From Salinispira sp. (GTDB lineage Bacteria > Spirochaetota > Spirochaetia > DSM-27196 > Salinispiraceae): DNA of 64,000 nt. A program made the translations under genes and the position numbers. The stretch lies in NCBI GenBank assembly GCA_965602015.1, contig OZ271918.1:3008001-3072000 (forward strand), read 5' to 3'. The notes under the pieces are model-generated. The model saw nothing but the letters and a program-made list of their open reading frames with translations. It had not been told where the DNA came from and did not search any database. Below, piece by piece: positions 36,532 to 46,949 of the stretch. Each line of letters begins with the position of its first letter. Position 1 is the first letter of the stretch.

Positions 36532-37245
36532 TTACAGAACAATCCCGCTTGCGCGGGATACGGCGATGCGCATACCATCCTCGACAGCCGGCAGCATGCT
36601 GTCTATCGGAGGAATTTCCGAGCCCCTCATGAGCTGAAAAATAAGAAAGCTTGCTCCGACCGTCACGCTGCAGGCGACCAGGACCAGCGCCGCGACTATC
36701 CCGGGCTTCAAGCCCCGCCGTTGGGGTTCGGAGAACTGGTCATCCGGGGAGAGCTCCCATTCCGGAGCCTCGGATTCGCCAAGGGAACCCCCATGCAATG
36801 AGGCCTCCTGGTGAAGAGCTTCCATGTCTTCCTTGTCTCCGATGAAGTCGCCGGGGTCAGGGAGAGATACGTCGTCATCCAGGGAGAAATCATCTCCGGC
36901 AAAGAGGTTTTCATCTGTCATTGCCTCTGCGCGGGTCTGGAGAATCAATTGACGTTCATCGCCGCCGTCTTCGTCCCGGGCACTTACTTCAAGCTGATCC
37001 TGGTCATTTACCGATATAAAAATCGCGATGTTTTTTTCATCTTTGGAACCCGGGGAGAGGTGCTCGAGGTTCACGCTTCCCAGGTATTCGGGGCTGATAA
37101 AGGCATCGCTATCGTCCCGAAAAAACTGTATATGCACCGCTTGCTGGTTGTCATTTGCCGGGCCGAGCACCATGCGCTTTCTGGTTTTCCGAGTTTCATC
37201 CATCACCGGATAGTAGCTGCCGTCAGCGAGGCGGATTCCGATCAT
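36532..37245 (-). CDS. Membrane-anchored Hsp70 substrate-binding-domain-like protein
   Basis: NDNQQAVHIQF...YLGSVNLEHL...IAIFISVNDQDQLEVSARD resembles the DnaK SBD-beta; acidic linker; C-terminal TM. Confidence 0.65.
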   Translation of the reverse strand: MIGIRLADGSYYPVMDETRKTRKRMVLGPANDNQQAVHIQFFRDDSDAFISPEYLGSVNLEHLSPGSKDEKNIAIFISVNDQDQLEVSARDEDGGDERQLILQTRAEAMTDENLFAGDDFSLDDDVSLPDPGDFIGDKEDMEALHQEASLHGGSLGESEAPEWELSPDDQFSEPQRRGLKPGIVAALVLVACSVTVGASFLIFQLMRGSEIPPIDSMLPAVEDGMRIAVSRASGIVL

Positions 37246-37326
37246 ATAGTACCCCCTGGTCTTATATCAGTGTAGGACTCCGGGCATTTCTTGACAAGTA
37301 TTGCAGCTGTACAGAATAATTACCCT

Positions 37327-38700
37327 ATGAACTTGTTTCCCATCATAGTCGCCGGCCTGGCAGTCCTGCTGCTCGGACTTATTACACTTACTGTTCTGAT
37401 GCGGGGTCGCGGTGAGGATGATGAAGATAGGGCAAAAAAGAAGAAGAAATCAAAGAACCGGGACCAGATAATCAAGGAGGCTAACCGCAAACTTGCGGCG
37501 AACCCGAAGGATATCGAAGCGCTTCAAAGCCTCGGAGAGATTTATTTCAAGGACCAGGACTGGGAAAAATCTCTGAGAACAAACGCCATGCTCCTTGAAA
37601 TGGCCAGCAGCCATCCTGAAATCGATGAAAAAACCGTAAATCTCCGCCACGCGCTCTCAGCCTACAACCTGAATATGCTCGATGACGCCTATAAAGGCCT
37701 GCTGATCGCCCGCACCTTCGATTCGGATTTATTTGAGATTAACTATCACCTGGGTGTCATAGAATACAAACGGAAGAACTACGAAAAATCCGCAGGCTAC
37801 ATGAATAATGCCGCCAGGGTTAATCCTGAGCATTTGGACAGCGCCAAGTACCTTGGGCTCTCATTATTCAGATTGAAGCACCATAAAGAAGCGGTTATGA
37901 AACTGCGGAAAGTCGTCGACCAAAGACCCGACGAGAAGGAAGCGTTGTACTTCCTCGCCCAGAGTTACTATGAAATCGGACAGAATGACAAAGCGGTTCA
38001 GATTTTCGAGCATCTCCGGCCCGACCCGGGCTTCGGCCCCCATGCGGCGGTCATGGCGGGCAGCATTCACTTTAAGCAAAATCATCTCGATCAGGCCCAG
38101 CTCGACTTCGAAATCGGACTCCGCCACCAGAATATCAAGCCCGACCTGCAAATGGAGTTAAAATACCGCTTGGCGGCAACCCTGATGAAGCAGCAAAACG
38201 TCGCCGAGGCCCTGGGACATCTCAACGAGATTTATCAGGTAAACCCGAATTACAAGGATGTGGCGGCCCAAATTAAGCGAAGCAGCGAACTTTCGAAAAA
38301 CGAGTACCTGCAAACCTACCTGATGGCAAACGATGCGGACTTCGTGTCCCTCTGCCGACGCCTGGCAGGTCTGTTTTTTAAGCGCGCGAACACCAAGATT
38401 ACCGACATCCAGGTCAGGAAAGGCGAGTATTCGGACATCCTCGCAGAGGTCGAGACTGCCAGCTGGGCGGACATTGTTCTGTTCCGATTCGTGAGAACCA
38501 CCGGGGTCGTGGGGGAATTCGTTCTTCGGGACCTGCATTCCAGAATAAAAGAGACGAAGGCCGGTCGGGGGTTCTGCATTTGTGCGGGTACATTTTCCGA
38601 GACCGCCCAAAAATTCGTCGAGGCCCGGTTCATCGACCTGGTCGATAAGCCCGCGCTCCTCAAGACAATGCACAAGCTGGGCTTCAAAGGGCGTTTATGA
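37327..38700 (+). CDS. Membrane-anchored TPR protein with C-terminal Mrr-like domain
   Basis: N-terminal TM, many TPRs, C-terminal SDILAEV...FRFVRT...VGEFVLRDL...GTFSETA...IDLVD. TTGACA-N18-AATAAT-N6-ATG upstream. Confidence 0.85.
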   Translation: MNLFPIIVAGLAVLLLGLITLTVLMRGRGEDDEDRAKKKKKSKNRDQIIKEANRKLAANPKDIEALQSLGEIYFKDQDWEKSLRTNAMLLEMASSHPEIDEKTVNLRHALSAYNLNMLDDAYKGLLIARTFDSDLFEINYHLGVIEYKRKNYEKSAGYMNNAARVNPEHLDSAKYLGLSLFRLKHHKEAVMKLRKVVDQRPDEKEALYFLAQSYYEIGQNDKAVQIFEHLRPDPGFGPHAAVMAGSIHFKQNHLDQAQLDFEIGLRHQNIKPDLQMELKYRLAATLMKQQNVAEALGHLNEIYQVNPNYKDVAAQIKRSSELSKNEYLQTYLMANDADFVSLCRRLAGLFFKRANTKITDIQVRKGEYSDILAEVETASWADIVLFRFVRTTGVVGEFVLRDLHSRIKETKAGRGFCICAGTFSETAQKFVEARFIDLVDKPALLKTMHKLGFKGRL

Positions 38701-38728
38701 GCTCAGGGTAATCGGCCCGGCAAGGCGT

Positions 38729-39415
38729 TCAAAGCCCCCGGGCGGTCACCACGAGATGACGCTCATCATCCAGTCCCGGTACCTTTAACGGTATGATATC
38801 CGCATATTCAAACTCAGCACCCATCTCACTGCGAATGGTCTCCATGCGGCCCTTGTAGGCAATCACATAACCGCCGGGGCGAAGGAGGCGGCGCTGTACG
38901 GCAAGCTGTTCGGGAGTTAGATTTCTGAACGCCCGGGACGTGACCATATCAAAGCTCGACGGCGTCACATCCTCAATTTTTTTTTGATGAATGCTTACAA
39001 TGGAGTCAAGGCCGAGTATGGGGACAATATTCCGCAGAAACCCGCAGCGGCGCTGCTGTTTTTCAACCAAATGCACCTCGAGCGCCAGGGAATTCATCAT
39101 TGCCAGGGCGAGAATTAGTCCCGGCAAGCCCGAACCCGATCCCAGGTCCGCTACACACAGGGGATCGCCCTCCCGGTCCAGCTCCCTGCCCTGGATTATC
39201 TCATCGGCTTTTCGAAGAAAAACCGGCACGGCTGCGGCGCAATCGAGAATGTGCTTGAGAATAATGCCCCGTTCATCGGCTTCGATGAGACCGAGCTTTG
39301 GATTCCACAACAGCAGCTCGCTGTAATAGAGTTTGATTTTCGGAAGCAGATGGTCAGCCGGGAGACCTATAGAGTTCAAGCCGGAAACCAGCAAATCCTG
39401 CAATTCGCCTGTCAT
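38729..39415 (-). CDS. rsmG: 16S rRNA m7G527 methyltransferase
   Basis: [29 protein letters not shown]; follows mnmG. Confidence 0.95.
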   Translation of the reverse strand: MTGELQDLLVSGLNSIGLPADHLLPKIKLYYSELLLWNPKLGLIEADERGIILKHILDCAAAVPVFLRKADEIIQGRELDREGDPLCVADLGSGSGLPGLILALAMMNSLALEVHLVEKQQRRCGFLRNIVPILGLDSIVSIHQKKIEDVTPSSFDMVTSRAFRNLTPEQLAVQRRLLRPGGYVIAYKGRMETIRSEMGAEFEYADIIPLKVPGLDDERHLVVTARGL

Positions 39416-41340
39416 ACCTTGCTGTCGTTCAGCATCTCCTCGCTGAGCGCCTTCTGTTCCTCGGTCTGACCGGGCCTTCTGGCTACCGCGACCATCAAAA
39501 TCGCGATATCCGAGGTTCGGGCACCGCTGATTCTGCTAGCCTGGCCGATGGAGAGAGGGCGTATATCTTTGAACTTTTCCCTGGCTTCGTTGGAAAGCCC
39601 CATTACTCCATCATAGTTGAAGTCTCCGGGAATTTTCATTTTTTCCATCTTGGCGAAGCGCAAAATCTGATCTTCCTGACGGGACACGTAGCCCTCATAT
39701 TTGATGTCGATTTCAGCCTGGCGCACCCACTCCAGGGGCATTCCGCTGAGAAGCCCGGAATCGATCCGCATAAGGTCTTCAATATTGGTGGCGGGATTCT
39801 TGAGGATCTGCATAAATGTCTTACCGGGAAGCCGTTGCACATGCTGCCGGGTATCGCTGAGAACCTCGGCAGCCAGGTCAAGCTCCTTCTCGGAAAGTCT
39901 GCGCCCAGCCAGACGCTGTTTTATTTCCTCGAGTCCTTCCTGCTTGGCGCGGAACTCCTCCCAGCGTTGAGGACTGTGAAGTCCCAGGCGCCAGCCTTTT
40001 TCGAACAGCCTCATATCCGAGGAGTCGTGACGGAGGCTGATGCGGTGCTCCGCTCTGGAGGTAAACATCCGGTACGGTTCCTTTGTGCCCAGGGTGACAA
40101 GATCGTCGATGAGCACTCCGATATATGCTTCAGCCCGGCTGAGGATAAGAGGCTCTTCCTCCCGAATGCTCAAGCTCGCGTTGATGCCCGCAAGAAGCCC
40201 TTGAGCGGCAGCTTCCTCGTAGCCGCTGGTGCCGTTGATCTGTCCGGCAAAGTACATTCCCCGGCAGCCTTTTGCCTCGAGGCTGGGGTAAAGCTGGCTG
40301 GGATCGATGTAATCGTATTCCACCGCATATCCCGGCCGCATGATAATGGCGTTCTCCAGACCGGGGATGCTGTGTATGAACTGTTCCTGGACATCTTCCG
40401 GAAGAGATGAAGAGATGCCGTTAAGATACATCTCCTTGGTTTCCATTCCCTCGGGTTCCACGAAAATCTGATGTCTGTCCCGCTGAGGGAACTTGACAAC
40501 CTTATCCTCGATGGAGGGGCAGTACCGGGGGCCCACACCTTCGATGGCTCCGCTGAAAAGCGGAGAGCGGTGCATGTTTTCGTTGATGATCCGGTGGGTT
40601 TCCTCTGTGGTGTAGGTGATATAGCAGGGTTCGTTGGGCCTCCCCTCACCTTCTCCGCTGAAAGAGAAGGGAAGCATCTCGTCATCACCGTATTGAAGTT
40701 CCATTTTCTCAAGGTCGAGGCTGTCCTTGTGTACCCGGGCGGGCGTACCGGTCTTCATGCGTCCCATGCGAAAGCCCAAAGCTCTCAAGGGCTTTTCCAA
40801 CCCCCGGGCAGCGGGCTCTCCGATCCGCCCGGCGCTCATGGAAAACTCGCCTACATGTATCTTCCCGTTGAGGAAGGTACCGGTAGTGATCACCAATTTT
40901 TTACAGCCGAACCTGCGCCCCCGTTCGGTGACAACTCCGCGAATCTCTTCCCCCGAGGCGTCGAGCACAAGATCGACAACGGTGTCCTGAAATAGATCGA
41001 GATTTTCCTGCAGTTCGAGGGTTTTTTTTGCCTCTATCTGATAGCGAATTTTATCGGCCTGGGCCCGGGGAGCCTGAACCGACGGACCCTTTCGGCGATT
41101 GAGTACCCGGTACTGAATCATCGTTTTATCAATAAGCCGGCCCATCTCGCCCCCAAGGGCGTCGATTTCCCGGACCATATTTCCCTTGGCGAGACCGCCT
41201 ACCGCAGGATTGCAGGAGAGCTTACCGATGGTGTCGAGGTTCATGCTGATCATGAGGGTTTTGAAACCTAGACGGGCTGGAGCGAGGCTCGCTTCTATTC
41301 CGGCGTGACCGCCGCCTATCACTATTACGTCAAAATCCAT
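39412..41340 (-). CDS. mnmG: tRNA U34 carboxymethylaminomethyl modification enzyme
   Basis: [52 protein letters not shown]. Confidence 0.98.
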   Translation of the reverse strand: MDFDVIVIGGGHAGIEASLAPARLGFKTLMISMNLDTIGKLSCNPAVGGLAKGNMVREIDALGGEMGRLIDKTMIQYRVLNRRKGPSVQAPRAQADKIRYQIEAKKTLELQENLDLFQDTVVDLVLDASGEEIRGVVTERGRRFGCKKLVITTGTFLNGKIHVGEFSMSAGRIGEPAARGLEKPLRALGFRMGRMKTGTPARVHKDSLDLEKMELQYGDDEMLPFSFSGEGEGRPNEPCYITYTTEETHRIINENMHRSPLFSGAIEGVGPRYCPSIEDKVVKFPQRDRHQIFVEPEGMETKEMYLNGISSSLPEDVQEQFIHSIPGLENAIIMRPGYAVEYDYIDPSQLYPSLEAKGCRGMYFAGQINGTSGYEEAAAQGLLAGINASLSIREEEPLILSRAEAYIGVLIDDLVTLGTKEPYRMFTSRAEHRISLRHDSSDMRLFEKGWRLGLHSPQRWEEFRAKQEGLEEIKQRLAGRRLSEKELDLAAEVLSDTRQHVQRLPGKTFMQILKNPATNIEDLMRIDSGLLSGMPLEWVRQAEIDIKYEGYVSRQEDQILRFAKMEKMKIPGDFNYDGVMGLSNEAREKFKDIRPLSIGQASRISGARTSDIAILMVAVARRPGQTEEQKALSEEMLNDSKV

Positions 41341-41448
41341 ATTTTTTACCTACTGGGTTGTCCGATTCCATTCTTGCACGGTGTTTCTGACTGGGCAGCT
41401 CAACTATACGCAGGGCGGAATTATAGTACGTCTGATAAAAAAAATCAG

Positions 41449-42849
41449 CTATTTACCCACGCAGAAACCGGAAAAAACCCTGTCGAGAATATCTTCACTG
41501 CTGACCTCGCCGGTGATTTCCCCGAGGCAGCGGAGGGCATTTTGCAGATCAAGGGCCACCATGTCCAGAGGCTGGCCGCCGTTAATGCTTTCAGCGGCAG
41601 TCTTTAGACTCTCGCCGGCCTCATCGATGAGCTGCTTCTGACGCAGCGAGTCTATAACCACATCAGCCTCTCCGAATCGCGGTATGTCCGCTGTGAGCAA
41701 ACTGCTCATTGCCTCCTGAAGGGTCTCGAACCCCTGGGCGCTAACGGCAGAGATACCGATAAATCCCTCCGGCGGGTCGATTTTTTTCGGAGTGTCAATC
41801 TTCGTCCACAGCGGAATAGAGCTTATTCCAAGTTCGGCTATTCGCGCCAGTTGCCGGCGGTCAAACTCGTTAATGCCGCCTTCGGACGAACCGTCAACCA
41901 GGTAGAGAATAATGCTGGAGTTTTCGATTATCTGACCGCTGCGGCGGATACCCTCAGCCTCGATAATCTCATCGACATCGCGAAGCCCGGCAGTATCGAA
42001 TAAGCGCACGGGAATCCCGTCGAGATCGAGGGGCGCCTCAATATAATCCCGGGTAGTGCCGTGGATATCCGAAACAATCGACCGATCCTCCCGCAGAAAC
42101 AGGTTAAAAAGACTAGACTTCCCGGCATTTGTGCGGCCCGCAAGGGCGACCCGGACTCCTTCCTGGTACAGCCTGCCGGCGCGATAGCTGGATGACAGCC
42201 TTTCGAGGCCGATACGGGCATCCTCGAGAAACGCCGGATCGACGAGACCCGCTAAATATGCCGAATCGTCCTCTTCGCCGGGGAGTTCATCGTCGGGATA
42301 ATCAAGCTGAACCGTTACCGATGCCATGATGTCGACCAAACGGGATTTTACCCGATCGATTTCTTTATACACTCCTCCGGCAAGCCGGTTAATGGCCATG
42401 CTTTGGGCTTTCCGGCTTCTGCTTTTCACCAGCTCATGGACCGCTTCAGCCGAGCTTAAATCCATCTTGCCGTTCAGGAAGGATCTCAGGCTAAACTCCC
42501 CCGGCTCGGCCTGCCGAAATCCCAGATCGAACAGGAGGGCCATAATCCGCTGTATTCCCGGCAAACTGCCGTGACTGAGGATTTCTACACTCTCCTCACC
42601 GGTGTAGCTGCGGGGGGCCCGAAAAACCGCGAGGGTCACCTCGTCAACCTTCCCTTTTTCATCCTCCAACCACCCGTACACAAGACTGTGCCCCGGACTT
42701 TCCAACAGCGCTTCCGGCCGGGAGAACCCCCGGGCAAGCAGTTCAATAATTCCGGTTCCGCTGGTCCGGATCACGGCCAAGGCACTCTCGCCCGGAGGGG
42801 TTGCCAGGGCGGCGATTGGTTCTTCATACAAGGTTTGATGGGTGCTCAT
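41449..42849 (-). CDS. mnmE: tRNA modification GTPase
   Basis: IAALATPPG, GRTNAGKSS, GTTRD, DTAG, C-terminal FCVGK. Confidence 0.98.
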   Translation of the reverse strand: MSTHQTLYEEPIAALATPPGESALAVIRTSGTGIIELLARGFSRPEALLESPGHSLVYGWLEDEKGKVDEVTLAVFRAPRSYTGEESVEILSHGSLPGIQRIMALLFDLGFRQAEPGEFSLRSFLNGKMDLSSAEAVHELVKSRSRKAQSMAINRLAGGVYKEIDRVKSRLVDIMASVTVQLDYPDDELPGEEDDSAYLAGLVDPAFLEDARIGLERLSSSYRAGRLYQEGVRVALAGRTNAGKSSLFNLFLREDRSIVSDIHGTTRDYIEAPLDLDGIPVRLFDTAGLRDVDEIIEAEGIRRSGQIIENSSIILYLVDGSSEGGINEFDRRQLARIAELGISSIPLWTKIDTPKKIDPPEGFIGISAVSAQGFETLQEAMSSLLTADIPRFGEADVVIDSLRQKQLIDEAGESLKTAAESINGGQPLDMVALDLQNALRCLGEITGEVSSEDILDRVFSGFCVGK

Positions 42850-42911
42850 TGGTAAAACATATCAGACAAATAACGCAAAAAAAAGCATTCGAACCTCTGG
42901 CTGGCGGTCTC

Positions 42912-42940
42912 TTGGCAACGGAGAGTCAAGAGACTATTAT
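42912..42940 (+). promoter_or_regulatory. sigma70 promoter, probably leaderless
   Basis: TTGGCA-N17-TATTAT-N6-ATG(42947). Confidence 0.65.
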
Positions 42941-42946
42941 TGAAAA

Positions 42947-43423
42947 ATGGATGCCGAGCAAAGTCAAAAGCAATATCTTCACGCCCTTCTCACCCAAAAG
43001 GTGAAGGATCAGCGCGTACTTCAGGAACTGGAAGATCAGCGGGAGCTGTGGTCAAAGAGACTCCAACTCGCCAAGGATCACGGCAGGGGAGACCTCATTA
43101 AGGCTGCCGAGGAGCGCCTTGCTGAAATTGAACTATCCATTCCGGAAATACAGGGCAGAATAGCCCTCGATCAGCGGGAAATTGATGCGGCCCGGAGCGA
43201 TTTAAGCGATGCGGAAATTGACGGAAGCAGGGCAATGAACAGGGCTCAAACAGAGGCCCTCGTCAATCAGCTTCAGAAGGCATCGGGCACCGGCGAACCC
43301 GACCCGCTGGACTTCGAAGCGGTGAAAAAGGCAGAACAGAAAGCGATTGAAGATGAAATCGCGGAAATCGAGTCAGACTCGGAGCTCGATGCCCTTCGCA
43401 AGCGGCTCAAGGAAGAGCGTTAA
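42947..43423 (+). CDS. Short PspA/IM30-like coiled-coil protein
   Basis: WSKRLQLAKDHGRGDLIKAAEER and terminal DSELDALRKRL resemble PspA motifs. Confidence 0.6.
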   Translation: MDAEQSQKQYLHALLTQKVKDQRVLQELEDQRELWSKRLQLAKDHGRGDLIKAAEERLAEIELSIPEIQGRIALDQREIDAARSDLSDAEIDGSRAMNRAQTEALVNQLQKASGTGEPDPLDFEAVKKAEQKAIEDEIAEIESDSELDALRKRLKEER

Positions 43424-44894
43424 TCGCCTCGCGCGCCAAATCACGCCCCAAATTAAAAAAAGCCGAACTGATCGCGCCTGCGCTGCCGGTGCCCCGGCTG
43501 TTTTTAATGCCGCTGCTTCTGAAGATTATCCGGTCCTCACGGTAGTCGTAGACGAGGATTTCTCCCCGTACCTTTACGATATAACCGTCCCGTTCATCCA
43601 CCTCGACAATAGATCCTCGACCGAAAACGAGACGGGGAATTTCGCCTTCATATTCCGACCGGAACCATTCGATGAGGGCCTGCTGACCTGATTCCAAGCG
43701 CTCTGCTTCCCGGGGATTTAGTTCCTCTATGATGAAGCCGGAAGCCGCGAGTTCCTGGAGAATTCCGTCACGAGTACCGCTGCCCTCAATGGGAAATCCC
43801 GCGATGTCGGTCTGAAGGTACAAAACAGCTGTGGGAATTTCCGGAGATAGTGATTGGACGGAGAATGAGACCCTGAGCCGCAATTCCGCAGACCGTTCCT
43901 CCACCGACCGCAGCCGGTTTTGGTCAGCCAACCCGGCCCGCCTGAGGTTATCAATAGCGGGTGTGGTATCGAGGCTGAAGCTGATAAACCCCTGCCCCAG
44001 TCTCCCGCTTATGCCCGGCAACAGGTCCCCGGAAAAAACCGCCGTACCATCGGCAGCGCTGAGCGCACGAACCTCCATCTGGCGGGCACCCGCCGGCCTG
44101 ATTTCCCGGTAGGAGGCGATTACCGCAGCCCGAGGTACCGGGCGGCCGTCGGAATTTGTAACGCGAACAGAGAACCCGTCCTCAAGGCTGCGCCCGAGAT
44201 ACATAATGTCCGGAGCGCCGGCAGGTTCGAGCCTGATTGCATCCAAAGCGCGCCGGGCGCCTTCAAGGTTCCGCGCAGTTCTCAGCTCGGCATTCGGCAG
44301 ATCGGACTCCCAGGCTGCCAGGGCGGCGTCCATGTAGGAAACGTAGGCGCTGTAGAGTTCACCCCGAGCCTCGGCTCTCTGACCGCTTTGCTCGGGGAGC
44401 AAAATTCTGTTTTCACGCTCTTGGAGAAGGGCACGTCTGGCATTCCGCTCGGCCTCGAGTTCGACCTTCTCGTAGGATGCCAGGAGATGGACAATTACGC
44501 CGCTTTCTCTCTCCTGAATATAGCGGTCGACTATACGGAAGCCCGCAACCCTGCCGGCCCCGGTTTCGCTGACGCTTTGGCGCAGCTCAGCTTCGAAATC
44601 CTCCAGACTGCCCCGGATCTCCGCGTCACTGACGACGCTGATATCGACGCCCAGAACCCTGTTTATTTCAGTAAGCAGGGAAGCAACGGCAGCTTCCTGG
44701 GCAGCCGGCACACTACCTGCAGAATCCTCTGCGGAAACCGCAAAGTATTCAAATTCCGCATCTGCCGCCGGGGGGTCCAATACCCACCCGGGGACCTCCC
44801 TGCTCGACCCTGTGGCGGTGCAACCCGACGCCGCAAGGATGACCGCCAGTGAAATGCCCAGCAAAATCTGTTTCGCATGGTCTAAAATTTTCAT
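43407..44894 (-). CDS. Lipoprotein with N-terminal LPP20-like domain
   Basis: Lipobox LAASGC, then VPGWVLDPP...AQEAAVASL. Confidence 0.7.
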   Translation of the reverse strand: MKILDHAKQILLGISLAVILAASGCTATGSSREVPGWVLDPPAADAEFEYFAVSAEDSAGSVPAAQEAAVASLLTEINRVLGVDISVVSDAEIRGSLEDFEAELRQSVSETGAGRVAGFRIVDRYIQERESGVIVHLLASYEKVELEAERNARRALLQERENRILLPEQSGQRAEARGELYSAYVSYMDAALAAWESDLPNAELRTARNLEGARRALDAIRLEPAGAPDIMYLGRSLEDGFSVRVTNSDGRPVPRAAVIASYREIRPAGARQMEVRALSAADGTAVFSGDLLPGISGRLGQGFISFSLDTTPAIDNLRRAGLADQNRLRSVEERSAELRLRVSFSVQSLSPEIPTAVLYLQTDIAGFPIEGSGTRDGILQELAASGFIIEELNPREAERLESGQQALIEWFRSEYEGEIPRLVFGRGSIVEVDERDGYIVKVRGEILVYDYREDRIIFRSSGIKNSRGTGSAGAISSAFFNLGRDLAREAINALP

Positions 44895-44936
44895 CGACGG
44901 TTCATCCTCCGCATCCCGGGTTTAGTATCTCAGTCT

Positions 44937-45572
44937 TTATAGACCGCTTTCGAAGATTTCCCGAACCCGTTGCTGGGCGGTCTGTTCCTCTTCTGTATTG
45001 GAAGGCTGACCGCTGATGGCTTCATCAATAAGACGATCGACTTCGCTCTGGTCTATGGTGTACAGGCTGTAATACACATATTCCTCCTGGCCGTTTCGGT
45101 TATCCACCCGGAATATCCAGAAATCATCGTATTTCCTGAAACCGCTGATGCGGGCGTCTGCGAGCACCCTGACCACATTCTCAAAATAGGTTTCGACAAA
45201 ATCGTTGTCTCCGACCTCGGCACCGGCAAATTTCTGCTGTACGCGGAAATTCACCTCCCGGGAAATAGTCGAAGACGCATCGAAGGTGTCGGCAAGCGTC
45301 CTGACGCCGTTCAAATCCTGTCCGACCCGCTCAAAACGGTACAAATACCTGCCTTCGAAGCGCGGTTCTGTTTCCAACGCGCCGATTGCCGTATAGGTCC
45401 ATACGGGGATGGGTCCGCCGAGCTGGGTATTTTTGTGTTCAATCACCGTATACGGTGAAGCCACATCAAGTTCGGCAACCTCGCTCTCCTCGGGTTCAGG
45501 GGGCGGAGTAACACAGGAAGCGAAAATGACCAGAATGAGCAGTACGGCGGTTAATGCGATGCGGATCTTCAT
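44937..45572 (-). CDS. Lipoprotein (LPP20-like)
   Basis: Lipobox IFASC, IPVW motif, strong GGAGG RBS. Confidence 0.75.
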   Translation of the reverse strand: MKIRIALTAVLLILVIFASCVTPPPEPEESEVAELDVASPYTVIEHKNTQLGGPIPVWTYTAIGALETEPRFEGRYLYRFERVGQDLNGVRTLADTFDASSTISREVNFRVQQKFAGAEVGDNDFVETYFENVVRVLADARISGFRKYDDFWIFRVDNRNGQEEYVYYSLYTIDQSEVDRLIDEAISGQPSNTEEEQTAQQRVREIFESGL

Positions 45573-45583
45573 AGTTTATCCTC

Positions 45584-46933
45584 CTATTGAAGCAATCCAG
45601 CGTCAAATGTGAGTGTGTTGCCCCTGGTCAACACCAGGGTTATAAATTCCATACCGGGAAGCTCATCGGCAACCCGATATACCAAATCTTCAAGCTCGTC
45701 GTTTCTGCCAAAAAAAAATGCCTCGTAGCGGCTTTCCTCGGCGCTTTGGCTAATTGTCTCGAGACTCCGCATTTCTTCCCGAAGCCGGGTCCTAAAGCGG
45801 CTCATCAGACGGGGGTCCGCAGTGTTTATAAAATGCAGTTCATAGCGGATGCCTCCGGATATTACCTGCTCGAACTGTGTTCGGCTTTGACGGGTTGCGT
45901 AGGGCATTATCTGGAAAACCGAGCTCTGGAGGGCATTGGACAGCGCATCGTCTTGACTGCTCCTGCTGATAGTTTCGGGGCTGGTGTACGGTGCTGAGGC
46001 CAGGAGCTGTCCGTTGGAAGTTTCGTACATCCGGAGCGTCATTATCGCCTGAGCGAAATGACGTTGTCCGTCGCTGCGGGTGGTGGCACTGGCTCCGATT
46101 TCCACATAAATATCAGCGCGCAGTCTCTGTGCGATCCATCTGATTATCCCCGTTTCGCCGCCGCTTTGCTCCTCGAACACCAGTTCGGCATCCTGACGCA
46201 ATTCCTGGACCTGATCGAGGGCGAATACCCGATACCCCTCACTGGCAAGCCATGAGTTGGCCTGCCCCACCGCAGTGCTCAGAAGGAATGGATCAACCTC
46301 GCTGTCTTCGTCATAGAATACCAGATAGCTCAAATTTTCAACGTAGCGGCGGACGAACTCCCGCTCGCGGGGAGTGACATCCCGCTCTTGAGCAACCTCA
46401 GCCTCCTGACCCTCGGTATCGTCCTCCCTGAGCGCTGCAGCTGCGGCGTTGTCGCCCTGAGTACTCTGCTGCGCAGTTGCGGAGGATTCGGCGGCCGAGC
46501 CTGCGGCTGATATGCCGTTTGCATCCAGCACCCTCTGAACTGCCGGGAGATTTACCCGAATACGAATCTCGTAAATCATATCAAAACTATCGACGTCGCC
46601 GAGGTTTTCCCTGCGCAGGGTTTCCATGGTCTCGGGAAATACATAGCGATTGGGATTGGAGCTATTGTAGAGTACATCTTCCAGGAGTTCACGATTACCA
46701 GCCTCTGCCTGCGCTCCGATAAGACGGACAACGGCCTTACGGACCGCATCCATTTTCGCTTCATTCATAGCCTGAAGAAGGCTTTCGTCCCTGCCGACGC
46801 CTTCATATACCTCGGGGATGCCACCGCTCTCCACGGCTTGCGGCCCCCCGGCGCAGGCGGATACCAGCATTGCGAGCAACAGCACAATTATTCCCAGTGA
46901 TTTAGTCACACGTACACTCCCATAGTTCACCAT
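45584..46933 (-). CDS. Lipoprotein, hypothetical (FlgT-N/LPP20-like N-terminal region)
   Basis: Lipobox LVSAC; AMNEAKMDAVRKAV helix. Start 46933 or GTG 46909; the track start overlaps the upstream gene. Confidence 0.7.
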   Translation of the reverse strand: MVNYGSVRVTKSLGIIVLLLAMLVSACAGGPQAVESGGIPEVYEGVGRDESLLQAMNEAKMDAVRKAVVRLIGAQAEAGNRELLEDVLYNSSNPNRYVFPETMETLRRENLGDVDSFDMIYEIRIRVNLPAVQRVLDANGISAAGSAAESSATAQQSTQGDNAAAAALREDDTEGQEAEVAQERDVTPREREFVRRYVENLSYLVFYDEDSEVDPFLLSTAVGQANSWLASEGYRVFALDQVQELRQDAELVFEEQSGGETGIIRWIAQRLRADIYVEIGASATTRSDGQRHFAQAIMTLRMYETSNGQLLASAPYTSPETISRSSQDDALSNALQSSVFQIMPYATRQSRTQFEQVISGGIRYELHFINTADPRLMSRFRTRLREEMRSLETISQSAEESRYEAFFFGRNDELEDLVYRVADELPGMEFITLVLTRGNTLTFDAGLLQ

Positions 46934-46949
46934 AGTTCTAACACCTGCC

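Noticed and set aside
38729..42849. Replication origin near mnmE-mnmG-rsmG
   Set aside because: No dnaA/yidC/parAB neighbours and no DnaA-box cluster in the adjacent intergenic DNA.
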